A stretch of DNA of 62,859 nt, filler included, from Stramenopiles sp. TOSAG23-2 (taxonomy: Eukaryota), in assembly GCA_900128395.1 (NCBI GenBank). It is 32 parts of 32 records of this genome, joined end to end, with 100 filler letters (N's around TTAATTAATTAA, not from the genome) between each part and the next. Parts side by side here need not be neighbours in the genome. Positions count along the whole stretch, not along the records: positions 11,881 to 13,757 come from LT652254.1; positions 13,858 to 15,733 come from LT652255.1; positions 15,834 to 17,707 come from LT652256.1; positions 17,808 to 19,678 come from LT652257.1; positions 19,779 to 21,649 come from LT652258.1; positions 21,750 to 23,619 come from LT652259.1; 26 more parts are not named here. The stretch is one strand, 5' to 3'. The first letter of the stretch is position 1. Each line of letters begins with the position of its first letter. The translations under genes were made by a program, and so were the position numbers. Below the pieces are notes generated by a model. It did no database searches and had not been told where the DNA came from. It saw nothing but the letters and a program-made list of their open reading frames with translations. Positions 11,881 through 22,259 of this stretch are shown one piece after another.

Positions 11881-12119
11881 CTCGTTGCTTTACTTGTTGT
11901 TGTCGTAAAAAGAAAAAAGTAGGAAAATTATCATCGGTGGTTGAAAACATAAATTTACCAACACCAGGGAAAAAAATGAATATGAAAGTAAATGAAAATG
12001 GGAATAAATACAAAGTTAAAAATGATAATACCATTTCATCCTTGACGATGAAAAAGGAAGAAGAAGAGGAGAAGATTATGATGGATGATAATGAAGTTGA
12101 AGTGATAAAATTAACTTAA
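11881..12119 (+). CDS. 3' end of an unknown gene
   Basis: Open frame from near the contig edge; acidic low-complexity tail. Confidence 0.4.
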
Positions 12120-12615
12120 GAGAGAGAGAGAGGTTTAAAAAATCCAAAATGCTATACATATACATACAAGTGTGTATAGTCTTTTCCAGTTTTTTCCAAG
12201 AAAAAACAGACCACATCATCCTCAATCCTCAGTCAACTTTTCCTATAGGATTTCGTACGGATCTCCATATACAATAACAATATGTCTATTACTTTTTCCT
12301 TAAAGTGAGATTTAAGATCAGTCGTATCTCTGGCAAGCTAAAGCTAAAGCGCAGAGTCTTCCCATCAGTACACTATAAGGTATTATATAATAAAATGGTG
12401 AATTTGATAGGAAGACGGATTTCAGGCCTTAATAATAAATAAAAAAAGTATTGACATATATATATAAAAAAGATATTATATAAAATATGCACGAATTTAT
12501 ATTTATGGCCAGTATTATAATGTACAAGAATAGCGATATTATATAGAAACAAAGAAAGTTGTTATGAAAAAGAGACAAAACATACGTCTCCGATCAACAT
12601 TGCCATCGAATAAAA

Positions 12616-13757
12616 ATGCATTTTAAAACATTATCTGTATCTTTTGTATTATTATTGTCAATCATTTTATTTATCAATTCAAACGCTATTAATAATAATA
12701 GAAATTTTGCTGTGATAAATAGGCAAAGATTGAAATCTACTTGGTCACGTACACAATGTGGATCGCCATCTGGCAATGCAGATATACCAACAAGATGGGC
12801 CTACGATGTTTCACCTTACAAAACACCACTTACATCGTACCCACGCCCAATGATGGTGAGAAAATTGCCATCTACAAATACAGCTGAAAAATCAATTGGA
12901 AGGAAGAATATGGAAAGAAATATTTTAAAACGACTGCGTGACGTTGGCACTGAAGACCAATGGTACAATTTGAATGGTTTATGGGAGTGGGAGGCAACAA
13001 CGGNNNNNNNNNNNNNNNNNNNNNNNNNNNNNNNNNNNNNNNNNNNNNNNNNNNNNNNNNNNNNNCCATTTGGTAAAACATTAAATAGTAGCATATTAGT
13101 CCCATTTCCTGTAGAAAGCTGTTTATCCAATCAAGCTCCGTCTAGTGCAAAGGAAAGCCGAGAAAAACAAAAAATGTGGTATCGTCTAAATTTTCAAATT
13201 GAAAAAGGAAATCAAAAAACGTTATTGCATTTTGGAGCAGTAGATTGGCAAACACATGTATATTTAAATACACAATACTTAGGAAATCACACTGGTGGAT
13301 ATGATGGCTTTTCATTTGAAGTAACTGATTTATTAATGAAAAATGGAAATACGAATGAATTAATTATATATGTATTTGATCCAAGTGATGATGGTGCTCA
13401 ACCAAATGGTAAGCAACGAATTTCAGCAATTGATAATCCGGGAGGAGATCAATATACCCCTAATTCTGGTATATGGCAAACAGTCTGGTTAGAAACAGTC
13501 CCTGATATATATATTGATAATATTAGCATAAATGCAGATACACAAGAATTAAAAGTGAGTGCTAATTTGATAAATAGTGGTACAGATACAATAAAAGTAT
13601 CTTTTGATGTATATGATGGTGGGCATCGTATTGCAGGAAGTCAAGTTATGCCTGGAACTGTTGCAACGATTCAAATACCAAGTGCAAAAACGTGGAGTCC
13701 AAATAATCCGCATTTGTATGACCTTATTGTTACATTATCAACTGGTGATTCGATAAT
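12616..13757 (+). CDS. Secreted glycoside hydrolase family 2 (sugar-binding and Ig-like domains), 3'-partial, internal N gap
   Basis: Signal peptide; YPRP, NLNGLW, ILVPFPVES, LLHFGAVDW, HTGGYDGFSFEVT, GKQ, SGIWQTVWLE, WSPNNPHLYDL. Confidence 0.9.
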
Positions 13758-13859
13758 NNNNNNNNNNNNNNNNNNNNNNNNNNNNNNNNNNNNNNNNNNN
13801 NTTAATTAATTAANNNNNNNNNNNNNNNNNNNNNNNNNNNNNNNNNNNNNNNNNNNNTC

Positions 13860-13985
13860 AATTTAAATGAAAATGAATTAAATGTTTTATTTCATCATCT
13901 TGACCCATCTGGTGATAATCGAATTACATTAGGAGAATTTAGTTATATGTATTTTAATCGTAGAAGAATGACAAATTTGGTTTAA
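13860..13985 (+). CDS. C-terminal EF-hand of a 5'-partial gene (absent from the ORF track)
   Basis: Translates NLNENELNVLFHHLDPSGDNRITLGEFSYMYFNRRRMTNLV*; DxSGDxRIxxxE loop. Confidence 0.7.
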   Translation, partial: NLNENELNVLFHHLDPSGDNRITLGEFSYMYFNRRRMTNLV

Positions 13986-14173
13986 AGTGTGAAAGATACC
14001 CCGAGAGGTACAGGACACAGTGTGTGTATAGAGACAGAGTCAGAAGAGAAAATTATTTACATATATATTGTGTGTTGTACGAAACGTAGTATTCGTACAC
14101 ATTATGTCTTGATATCGCATATTTTTATATTTCTTTTCCGAACACGTATATGGTAAAAGTATGCGCGCGTAAT

Positions 14174-14386
14174 TTATTCTTTTGTTGTTGAAGCATCGAT
14201 TTTCTTCGTATTGTTTTTTTTTCGTGCAAACAGACGACGAAAAAGAAAGTAAAAACCAAGTGATATAACAGCAGATAAAGTCCTTGATCTTGTTATAGTA
14301 AATGAACGTTTAAAACGTTCATATGCAATACTATAAACAAGCACTGTTAAACTTGCACTTGCAAGAAATACAATTTTAGATGACAT
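14174..14386 (-). CDS. Small two-helix membrane protein (70 aa)
   Basis: ATG-initiated ORF with two hydrophobic segments and a basic tail. Confidence 0.5.
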   Translation of the reverse strand: MSSKIVFLASASLTVLVYSIAYERFKRSFTITRSRTLSAVISLGFYFLFRRLFARKKNNTKKIDASTTKE

Positions 14387-14881
14387 ATTATGTTATTAGT
14401 GTAATGGTGTATATGTATGTAATATGAAAATACATATATATATATATAATACTGTATAAACTACGTTAATTGCATCTATGCACCTATTATTATTTAAAAA
14501 TAAATCTATATATACAGTAGTATGTGTATTTGCATGCCAGCAGCATGTTTGCATCCACAATTTATTAGGTAAAAACTAATTCGCGAAAATGACCACACAC
14601 ACAGCATACCACCACTGGTGGTAGGAGAGCTATCCTAGAAATATGAGTACAGTCCGGATGGGTATAACCCCCATGATGTTGCCCTATAACTTATAACTTT
14701 AAGGATAGTTTACGTAAGCTTATTAATAAACCTCTCGTAAAATAAAAAGATGCTGACGCCGCAGCTACGTATAGGCAGCTCTACAGTACTGTATTACTGT
14801 ACGAGGTAAACCAGGTAAAGCACTAAACCTTTCGTCTCGTGTTTGACAGAATTACACTATTTTCTCTTCAAAAAACTATAT

Positions 14882-15733
14882 TCATTTATGTATCTTCTGA
14901 TATCTTTTTTTTCTACCTGCTATTAATTCCGCTTTTTTGTTTATTCTTTGAAAATCGTTATATTCAGAAAATTCAATTAAGTATGGTGCAGAACTTTCAT
15001 CAATATTTTTCATTACAAAAACTTCAACTACTTGAATTAATTCATCTAAAACAAACTGTTTCGCGTATATTAACATTCCAAGTGCATTTTCTTCATTGAC
15101 TATGTTTTCATCTCCAGTGTATATCCATCTGAGTAAAGCATTAAAAATATGTTTTGGGCAATTGATGGCGACATTTGATGTTGGTGATGACTCCTTGAAA
15201 CCACCACATAGTAAAGACTTAAAATATGGATTGGTTGTTAAAATTGCACGATGTGCACCAATTATAGCTTTTGTGTTGCCACTACTGGTATTACCAAGTA
15301 TATCATTCTTGTCATCATTGCATTCAAAATGTACATCATAATTAGTAGAGTTACTACTGTGTAACATATTATTAAAATCCAATATAAAAGACGAAGCATC
15401 ATATTGACTATCATTTACGTGTTTTTTATTTTCATTTTGAACAACAGATATATCATTAAATTTTAAAACGTTTTCCATTTGCCTTTTACTACTATTGTTT
15501 TGGTCGTTATTATGCTTGTAGTATATCCCAGCAGCATTATTATCCTTTACTACCATTTTATTCCGTGTACTCACTTGTCGTAAAGTGTTCTTTCTATTTT
15601 CTCCAAATTTTTTAATTGAATCCAGTAACATTTGGCGTTTTCCTGCCAAAACACTTGAGTCTTGAATTTTTTCCTCAATTTTAGTAGCTGATAAACCAAC
15701 ACATCTTGCGTATAAATTTTTTAAATTAAATTT
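14882..15733 (-). CDS. BTB/POZ (plus BACK-like) protein with a WH2-like motif, 5'-partial
   Basis: YDVHF...IGAHRAILTTNPYFKSLLCGGFKES...FNALLRWIYTG; RQMLLDSIKK...TLRQV; frame open to the contig edge. Confidence 0.85.
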   Translation of the reverse strand, partial: KFNLKNLYARCVGLSATKIEEKIQDSSVLAGKRQMLLDSIKKFGENRKNTLRQVSTRNKMVVKDNNAAGIYYKHNNDQNNSSKRQMENVLKFNDISVVQNENKKHVNDSQYDASSFILDFNNMLHSSNSTNYDVHFECNDDKNDILGNTSSGNTKAIIGAHRAILTTNPYFKSLLCGGFKESSPTSNVAINCPKHIFNALLRWIYTGDENIVNEENALGMLIYAKQFVLDELIQVVEVFVMKNIDESSAPYLIEFSEYNDFQRINKKAELIAGRKKRYQKIHK

Positions 15734-15834
15734 NNNNNNNNNNNNNNNNNNNNNNNNNNNNNNNNNNNNNNNNNNNNTTAATTAATTAANNNNNNNNNNN
15801 NNNNNNNNNNNNNNNNNNNNNNNNNNNNNNNNNG

Positions 15835-17707
15835 CGTGATGGTTGGGGTGTGGATCATGGTTATACTAGTGTTAGTTTTTCATCTCCATCAAGAAAATCA
15901 GATTTAACTATAGAACAACAACAAAATATCATTGTAAAAAAAAACAAACAATTATTACGTAAGAAACATGGTAAAACAAAACAATCATTAAATATTTCAA
16001 AGGGGGGTGACGTACCCACCACTGGTCCAAGAAAATTGTCATTGGATGCAGAGGAAAAGAAACTATTAGAGCAAATTAGAGTTGCATATAAGAAATTGAA
16101 AAATGTACGGGAAGGAGGTGTCGAAATAGAGGAAGTTGGTAACGACCGTGCTATTCTTGTGTCATATAATTTACCATTTTCATTGACACGCTCTAGATTG
16201 GAAGAATATTGGACTGCAACTCCTAGTCATCTTGCTACTGGATTTGGCGTCAATGCTCTTGAACAAGTTAATTTTCAATGGGCATATATCGGTTGGCCTG
16301 GAGTGGAAATACAACCAAGTGAACAAATAAGTTTTCGAAATCAATTATTGCAAGAAAATGATTATTCCCCAGTATTTTTAAAAGATAATTTAGAACAGTT
16401 ATGCAGGGATTTTTGTTATCGAATATTGCACCCGGTCTTACACTCCACATCATTAACAACGGATTTTCAAATGGAAATACATGATCCAGACGTAGAAGGA
16501 AATAATTATTTATTAGAAGAAAAAATGTGGACGGCATATGTAAAAGTCATGCAGCAATTTGCCGATGTCATTAAGGAAATGTTTGAAGATGGTGATGTTA
16601 TATGGTTAAATGGTTATCAAATGATGTATTTGCCAAAATTAATTCGGCAAATTTTACCAAATTGTACCATTGGATATTCATTATTGGCACCATTTCCAAC
16701 ATCTGAGTTGTTTCGCGTATTGCCTAGACGTGAAGAATTATTGCATGGTTTATTAAGTTGCGATTTACTTGGTTTTCAATCACATGGGCATGCAAGGCAC
16801 TTTTCAAGCACTTGCATGCGTATTTTGGGATTAACATTCACAACGACAAAAATTAATTATTTTGGTCAAAATGTTCATATTAATATTTTACCAATGGGTG
16901 TAGATTTAAAAGCAACGGCTATTATGCAACGAAGACATGCAGTAAAGATACGCGCGACGGAATTGAAAAAAGTGTTTGAAGGTAATTTTGTTTTTCTCAG
17001 CGTAGGTAGACCAGATTTAGATGGTGGGATAATGCATGGTTTATTTGGTTATGAAGAATTTTTAAAGCAGTATAGTAACACACACAATAAACGAGTAATT
17101 TTTGTGCAAATTGCCCTTGTAAATACAGTAACGGAAGGCCAAGTAGGTAAATCATTATATCGACGAGATTTACAAATTGAAAGTAGTATCAGTCGTGTTG
17201 TCGGGCGAATCAATAGTAATTTTGCTGTCATGGGATCCAGAGGTCCAGTCTATTATTTGCAACATGATCCTGAAGTAATAGGAATGGATGAATTATATGC
17301 ATTATATGAAATTGCTGATTGTATTATATCAACCCCATTGCGAGGTGGGTTAACACTTGTACCTGCACAATATATGTTATGCCGTCATGGAAGAAAGCGT
17401 ATTGGAACGGTCGTCATCAGTGAATTTACAGCGAGTGCAGAAGGCATGAGTGGCGCCTTGCGTGTCAACCCATTTGATACAGAAGGCATCTCCAAAGCAT
17501 TGAATCTTGCAGTAAAATTAGATCAAGAAAATCGCATGAAACGTAGCAATCAAATTATTTCATTTGTTAAATTATACACTGCACATCGATACTTAAAAAA
17601 GTTTTCAACTGACTTGTTGAAACTTGCATCTAGAAGAAAGGCACCAAATTATATGCGAAAACTCGATACAAGTGATTTAACACAATTTTATTTACAAGGG
17701 GCACCAC
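15835..17707 (+). CDS. Trehalose-6-phosphate synthase-like (GT20) protein with degenerate catalytic motifs, partial at both ends
   Basis: LVSYNLP, YIGWPG, PFPTSELFRVLPRREELLHGLLSCDLLGFQ, VISEF, ALRVNPFD. Confidence 0.9.
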
Positions 17708-17807
17708 NNNNNNNNNNNNNNNNNNNNNNNNNNNNNNNNNNNNNNNNNNNNTTAATTAATTAANNNNNNNNNNNNNNNNNNNNNNNNNNNNNNNNNNNNN
17801 NNNNNNN

Positions 17808-19678
17808 CATTTAGAATTAATGCCAGAAGGCGGGCGAGTTGGAAAATGGAACATTAAACGGGAATTTTCATTGGAAGCATGGTTATTCGCTCCTAGAACA
17901 GAAACACTTTTCGCAGAAACTTCTACAAATGTTAGAAAACATACAGGTGTAGTAACAGATTCCAATGGTAATTTTAAAAAATGGAAATGCTGTGGGAGAG
18001 AAGATCCAAATATATTTGGATGGTGTCCAGCATGGCAAGGTGATATGACACAATCTGTTACGCAAGAATATGAAGAATATGAAAATGGTGACGACCACCA
18101 TCACAACAATCAACATCATCAAAAACATAAAAAGAAAAATGATAACCGTTTTAATATATCACGAGATCAAAAAATGAAAGAAGGTATTTTTGCACCACAC
18201 CGTACAAATCCATGTGTTATATTTGCACGTCCTGGACAATTCACATTGCATGATACAGGCGGCTATTGCGCAGCAAATGGAAAAAAATATGGCTTTTCAA
18301 TAACATCAAAAGATGGTGTTGTTTCAACATTAACAACATTTTCAATACCGGTAGATCGATGGTTTGTATTAAGTGCTGTATATGATGGATACTATTTGAA
18401 AGTTTATGTCGATGGAGAGGAAGTGGCAACTGATCGTAGACAAAATGATACGTGTGAAGGAATGTTAAATCAACCTAAATCAAATGTTATTATCGGTGGT
18501 GATTTTACTGGTATGATATCGCATGTACGCGTATGGAATACAGCAAGGACGAAAGCTCAAATTAACAATGCGATACGAAATCGCGTATCGGTAAAGGAAG
18601 TGCATAATAGCGGTTTACCTGGCCATGTAAGTTCCTCCGCTGCAGCTGATGAAGTTTTTGTCCCAAATCCAGCGGCAATGGAAGGTGGAACGGCAACTAG
18701 TTTATTAGCTGATATTGCTATATATAATGTAAATAATTTTGATCATGGGCATATTGAAGATTCTTCTATATATGGCCACAACGCACATTTCTTTTGTGAT
18801 CATTTTGCATGGAGAATCAATCCACCAATGTTTTACGGTGCACCTAGGCCATATACACATGCTGCATTAAATGCGACATACCACCAACGAACAACAATTG
18901 CGCATAACAAACATGCAATTGCTTGGAATTGGTATCCAATATCTGCATTGGCAGAAATGGTACGTGGTTGGGGTAAAATACGCATATTAGCACGTTGGGA
19001 TCATAATAAACCATTTGACAACGCTGCAGTTGCATTTTGTCATCGTTTCATTCATTTATTAGCAAAACAAGATTTCCCACAAGATTGGATATTTGACATA
19101 AGAAGTACAACGACCGTTCAAAATAGTCATTTGCCACCATGTACTAGTGATAGCAATGAGTTTACGTTTTTCCTTGCAATGTCACATTTAGATATGAACA
19201 ACAACAGGCATGAACGTGTATTATTTACATCTACTAGAACGGATCAAATTGAATTTCCAGATTGTAAACCGTTGTTATATCAAGTAGAATATCAAATACG
19301 CCTTTATACTACATTTTGGCATTCGGAAGTTTTTAAAGAAGTAAAAGCATTGTTACGCGCAAAATTAGCTGCCGCAAAAGAGGAAGCTGAAGTAACTACT
19401 ACTAGAACATTGCGTACTGCCTTATTAATGAATATTAAAAAACATGGTTTATATAAATTATTGGAGAACATTCATAAATATTTGCCAATGTCCACACGAT
19501 CTGGCGTAGATGAAAGTACAGGTTTAAGTGCATCTCAATTGACGCAAAATTATTTTGAAATTGCGATATGGATGATAGGGGTTGATAAAAATATACCAGA
19601 TATGATTGTGTATGGCACCAAATTAGCTGCTCATCGATTGCATCTCTGCAAGCGAAAAGAGATCGAGGCTGAAAAAAC
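17808..19678 (+). CDS. LamG/concanavalin-like domain protein with a BTK-type Zn motif, partial at both ends
   Basis: FSLEAW...RWFVLSAVYDGYYLKVYVDG...IGG.FTGMISHVRVWNTART; HTG..WKCCG..GWC. Confidence 0.75.
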
Positions 19679-19778
19679 NNNNNNNNNNNNNNNNNNNNNN
19701 NNNNNNNNNNNNNNNNNNNNNNTTAATTAATTAANNNNNNNNNNNNNNNNNNNNNNNNNNNNNNNNNNNNNNNNNNNN

Positions 19779-20201
19779 GTTGAAGAACCAAGCCCTAACC
19801 CTAACTTGGAGGCTGAAGTAGGTGGAACAGGGGCTTCATCAGCTAGCAACGGTAAGAGCTCAAATCAAGACGATGCAACAGAAACGATACAAGTAGAAGA
19901 GGAGGATACTACACAAAATAATAATTATAATGATACGATTTCACCTAATCAAAATGTTGAAGGAGCTGATGATGATGAATCTCAAGTATACACAGAAGAG
20001 GAATTAAAACGAAAAGCGGTAGTTCTGTCGAAATTAAAGACTATCAAATCAAAATATGTTTTAAAAACAAAAGAGTATAATATCGAAAAATTAGAAGAAT
20101 TGCATGCAACTGTAACAAGAACAATGCAAAGTTATTACAAATCAGCATTGAGTTTAGAAATTTTATTAGATATACTTGAAGCACATGCAAATGGGTTGTA
20201 A
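19779..20201 (+). CDS. C-terminus of a probable ATAD2/Yta7-like AAA-bromodomain protein, 5'-partial
   Basis: Acidic linker followed by VLKTKEYNIEKLEELHATV, resembling the ATAD2/Yta7 C-terminal helical domain. Confidence 0.45.
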   Translation, partial: VEEPSPNPNLEAEVGGTGASSASNGKSSNQDDATETIQVEEEDTTQNNNYNDTISPNQNVEGADDDESQVYTEEELKRKAVVLSKLKTIKSKYVLKTKEYNIEKLEELHATVTRTMQSYYKSALSLEILLDILEAHANGL

Positions 20202-20232
20202 ATAAAATATATATATATAATATAATCTGGTT

Positions 20233-20470
20233 AGGTAATAGTATTAAAATTATTTCTGGTAACTACACATATATAGTGAATATAACATTATGAGTAAATA
20301 AAATCTTTAACACTCTTATAAATATGTCATAAGAGAATTTTTTATATATATATATCATACTAGATTATTTCAGTTATTTTATTCTTTTGAAGAGTAGGAA
20401 TTATCATGAGTAAATNNNNNAGTATGAGTAAATAAAATCTTTAACTTATAAATAAGAGAATTTTTTATAT
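20233..20470. repeat. Dispersed AT-rich repeat shared with 45535-45640 and, in part, 29783-29809
   Basis: TATTTCTGGTAACTACAC..ATATAGTGAATATAACATTATGAGTAAATAAAATCTTTAAC on two contigs; GAAGAGTAGGAATTATCATGAGTAAAT at 20389 and 29783. Confidence 0.85.
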
Positions 20471-20619
20471 ATATAATATATATATACTCGTACCTCAAAG
20501 GGTATTCTCTCTCTTACTAATGCTAGAATAATTTATTTTCTTTTCCTTTTTAATTTTAATATTTACATTTTGTTGTCACTCCAACATAACACCTTCAATA
20601 TACATCCTGTGTGTGTATA

Positions 20620-20745
20620 TATGCGCGTGTTCTCTTTTAATCAGTACACCACATACAACATCTCGGTTCAAACTATGTTTCAATATATTATAATTATTGA
20701 TCTTTCTTTTACATATATTTGTACGTCATAGATATTGCATGTAAA
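20620..20745 (-). promoter_or_regulatory. Candidate SECIS element in the SelK 3' UTR
   Basis: Minus strand reads AUGAC-GUACA..AUAUAUG-U-AAAA ... UGUAUGU-GG-UGUAC-UGAU: GA quartet, about 12-bp stem and AA motif, but an unusually long apical region. Confidence 0.55.
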
Positions 20746-20808
20746 TTATACTATATCCAAAGCTTCTAAAACAATTCGTGTGTCTAACTAAAAAACAGTT
20801 AAGCACAC

Positions 20809-21135
20809 TTACGTTCCTCATGATGAAGCACTTGGATTACAATCAACACGACCTATTCTTGATGTTCCACCTCTGTGACCTGGACCACTTGGCCTTTGAC
20901 CTGGATATCCTGGACGTCCACCGCCGCCACCGCCGCCTCCACCGCCGCCGCCACCACGTCTGCTTCTTGGCATATACCTACCACCTTGTGTTGCCCCTTT
21001 CTCAGCCGTGCCAAATAACGACGAAAAGAACAACCCAAAAAAATTCAAGATTGCCCAAAAAAATTCTGGTACAATTGACAATCGAAATATCGATTGTTTC
21101 TTTTGCAACGATCCACTACTATTAATGTACACCAT
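20809..21135 (-). CDS. SELENOK: Selenoprotein K; the TGA at 20820-20818 is read as Sec, giving the C-terminus ...ASS-U-G-T*
   Basis: MVYI start, FRLSIVPEFFWAILNFFGLFF helix, Gly/Pro/Arg-rich tail; TGA GGA ACG TAA places U third from the end, as in SelK. Confidence 0.88.
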
Positions 21136-21749
21136 TGTGAATAATATATATATATATATATAGTAGTAGTAGTAATAACTATTTCTTTATATGTATGTGT
21201 GTATGTATGTACATTCTACTTTTTCTATTCTTGCACTTCATCATTATTTAGCACTTTCTTCTTTTGATTCGGTCGGGATTATTGCACTATTCCAGAAGAA
21301 AAGAAGACACGTGTGTGTGTGATGTAACCATGGTAAAGCCTATTTCCATGCTGTAGAACTAGACCACTAATACAAGTATAATAGTAATAGTATAATATCT
21401 ATCATAGTGCTATTTCTATCTTAATCTCGATTTTTTTTAGTTTTTAGTTGCCACTTTTTGTTTTGTTTTGTTTGTTGTGTGCTTGCTGGGCTTGCCCGCT
21501 TGCAAGGCTTGCTGGGCTTGCCTGGCTTGTTGTTGTTGTTGTTGCAACTTTTTGCATGCATGCCTCTACTCAGGAAACCCCGCTATGCTATTCGCATATA
21601 CAGTATGGCAGCGACAGCTGCCATACTGTATATACTCAGGAAATGAATGNNNNNNNNNNNNNNNNNNNNNNNNNNNNNNNNNNNNNNNNNNNNTTAATTA
21701 ATTAANNNNNNNNNNNNNNNNNNNNNNNNNNNNNNNNNNNNNNNNNNNN

Positions 21750-21826
21750 CCATTAGTTGGATCCATGTTTACTTTTGCTAATGGAACTTTTGCCTCTGGC
21801 CACAGTGGTATTATTGATGATGTCAT
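21750..21826 (-). CDS. Possible 5' end of an esterase-like gene (MTSSIIPLWPEAKVP...)
   Basis: ATG-initiated frame running off the contig; IPLWP motif recalls alpha/beta-hydrolase N-termini. Confidence 0.3.
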
Positions 21827-22259
21827 ATTATCGATTCTATATAAGAATTTTTCGAATGTATCTTATACATTGTAATATGGAATGTATACATATATGGCCT
21901 GCTAGTCATCGTCTATCTCTCGTCTCAATATTGTCTCATTGCCTTTTTTTTTACTAATAAATAATTAAATTATTATTATTATTATTTATTTTTTTCTTCT
22001 GCATAATAAATAATAGTAGCAGCAGAGCTAATAAGTCGTCAGTCGTCTCTTACTATAATATCTTAATCTACCTATCATTAGACGACTATTGATGGTAGCT
22101 ACCTGTAATAATAATAATAATATAAATAATTATTATATATATACATTATAATGCTTTACATTTTCAAAAACAAAAAAAAGTAAAAAGAAAAGAATAAACA
22201 TCGTATTATATATTTTACCCACACAACCATATATACAGATAATACCAAAAACAAATAAA

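Noticed and set aside
19793-19805. CCCTAACCCTAAC as telomeric repeat
   Set aside because: Only two units, inside a coding frame (SPNPN)
20787-20812. GTAAGT donor after the SelK UGA implying a further coding exon
   Set aside because: The unspliced frame already gives the canonical U-G-x-stop ending; splicing cannot be excluded but is not needed
21448-21705. Cys-rich ORFs (CWACPACKACWAC), also at 5068-5352
   Set aside because: They arise from GCTTGC/GCATGC micro-repeats that are open in several frames; probably non-coding
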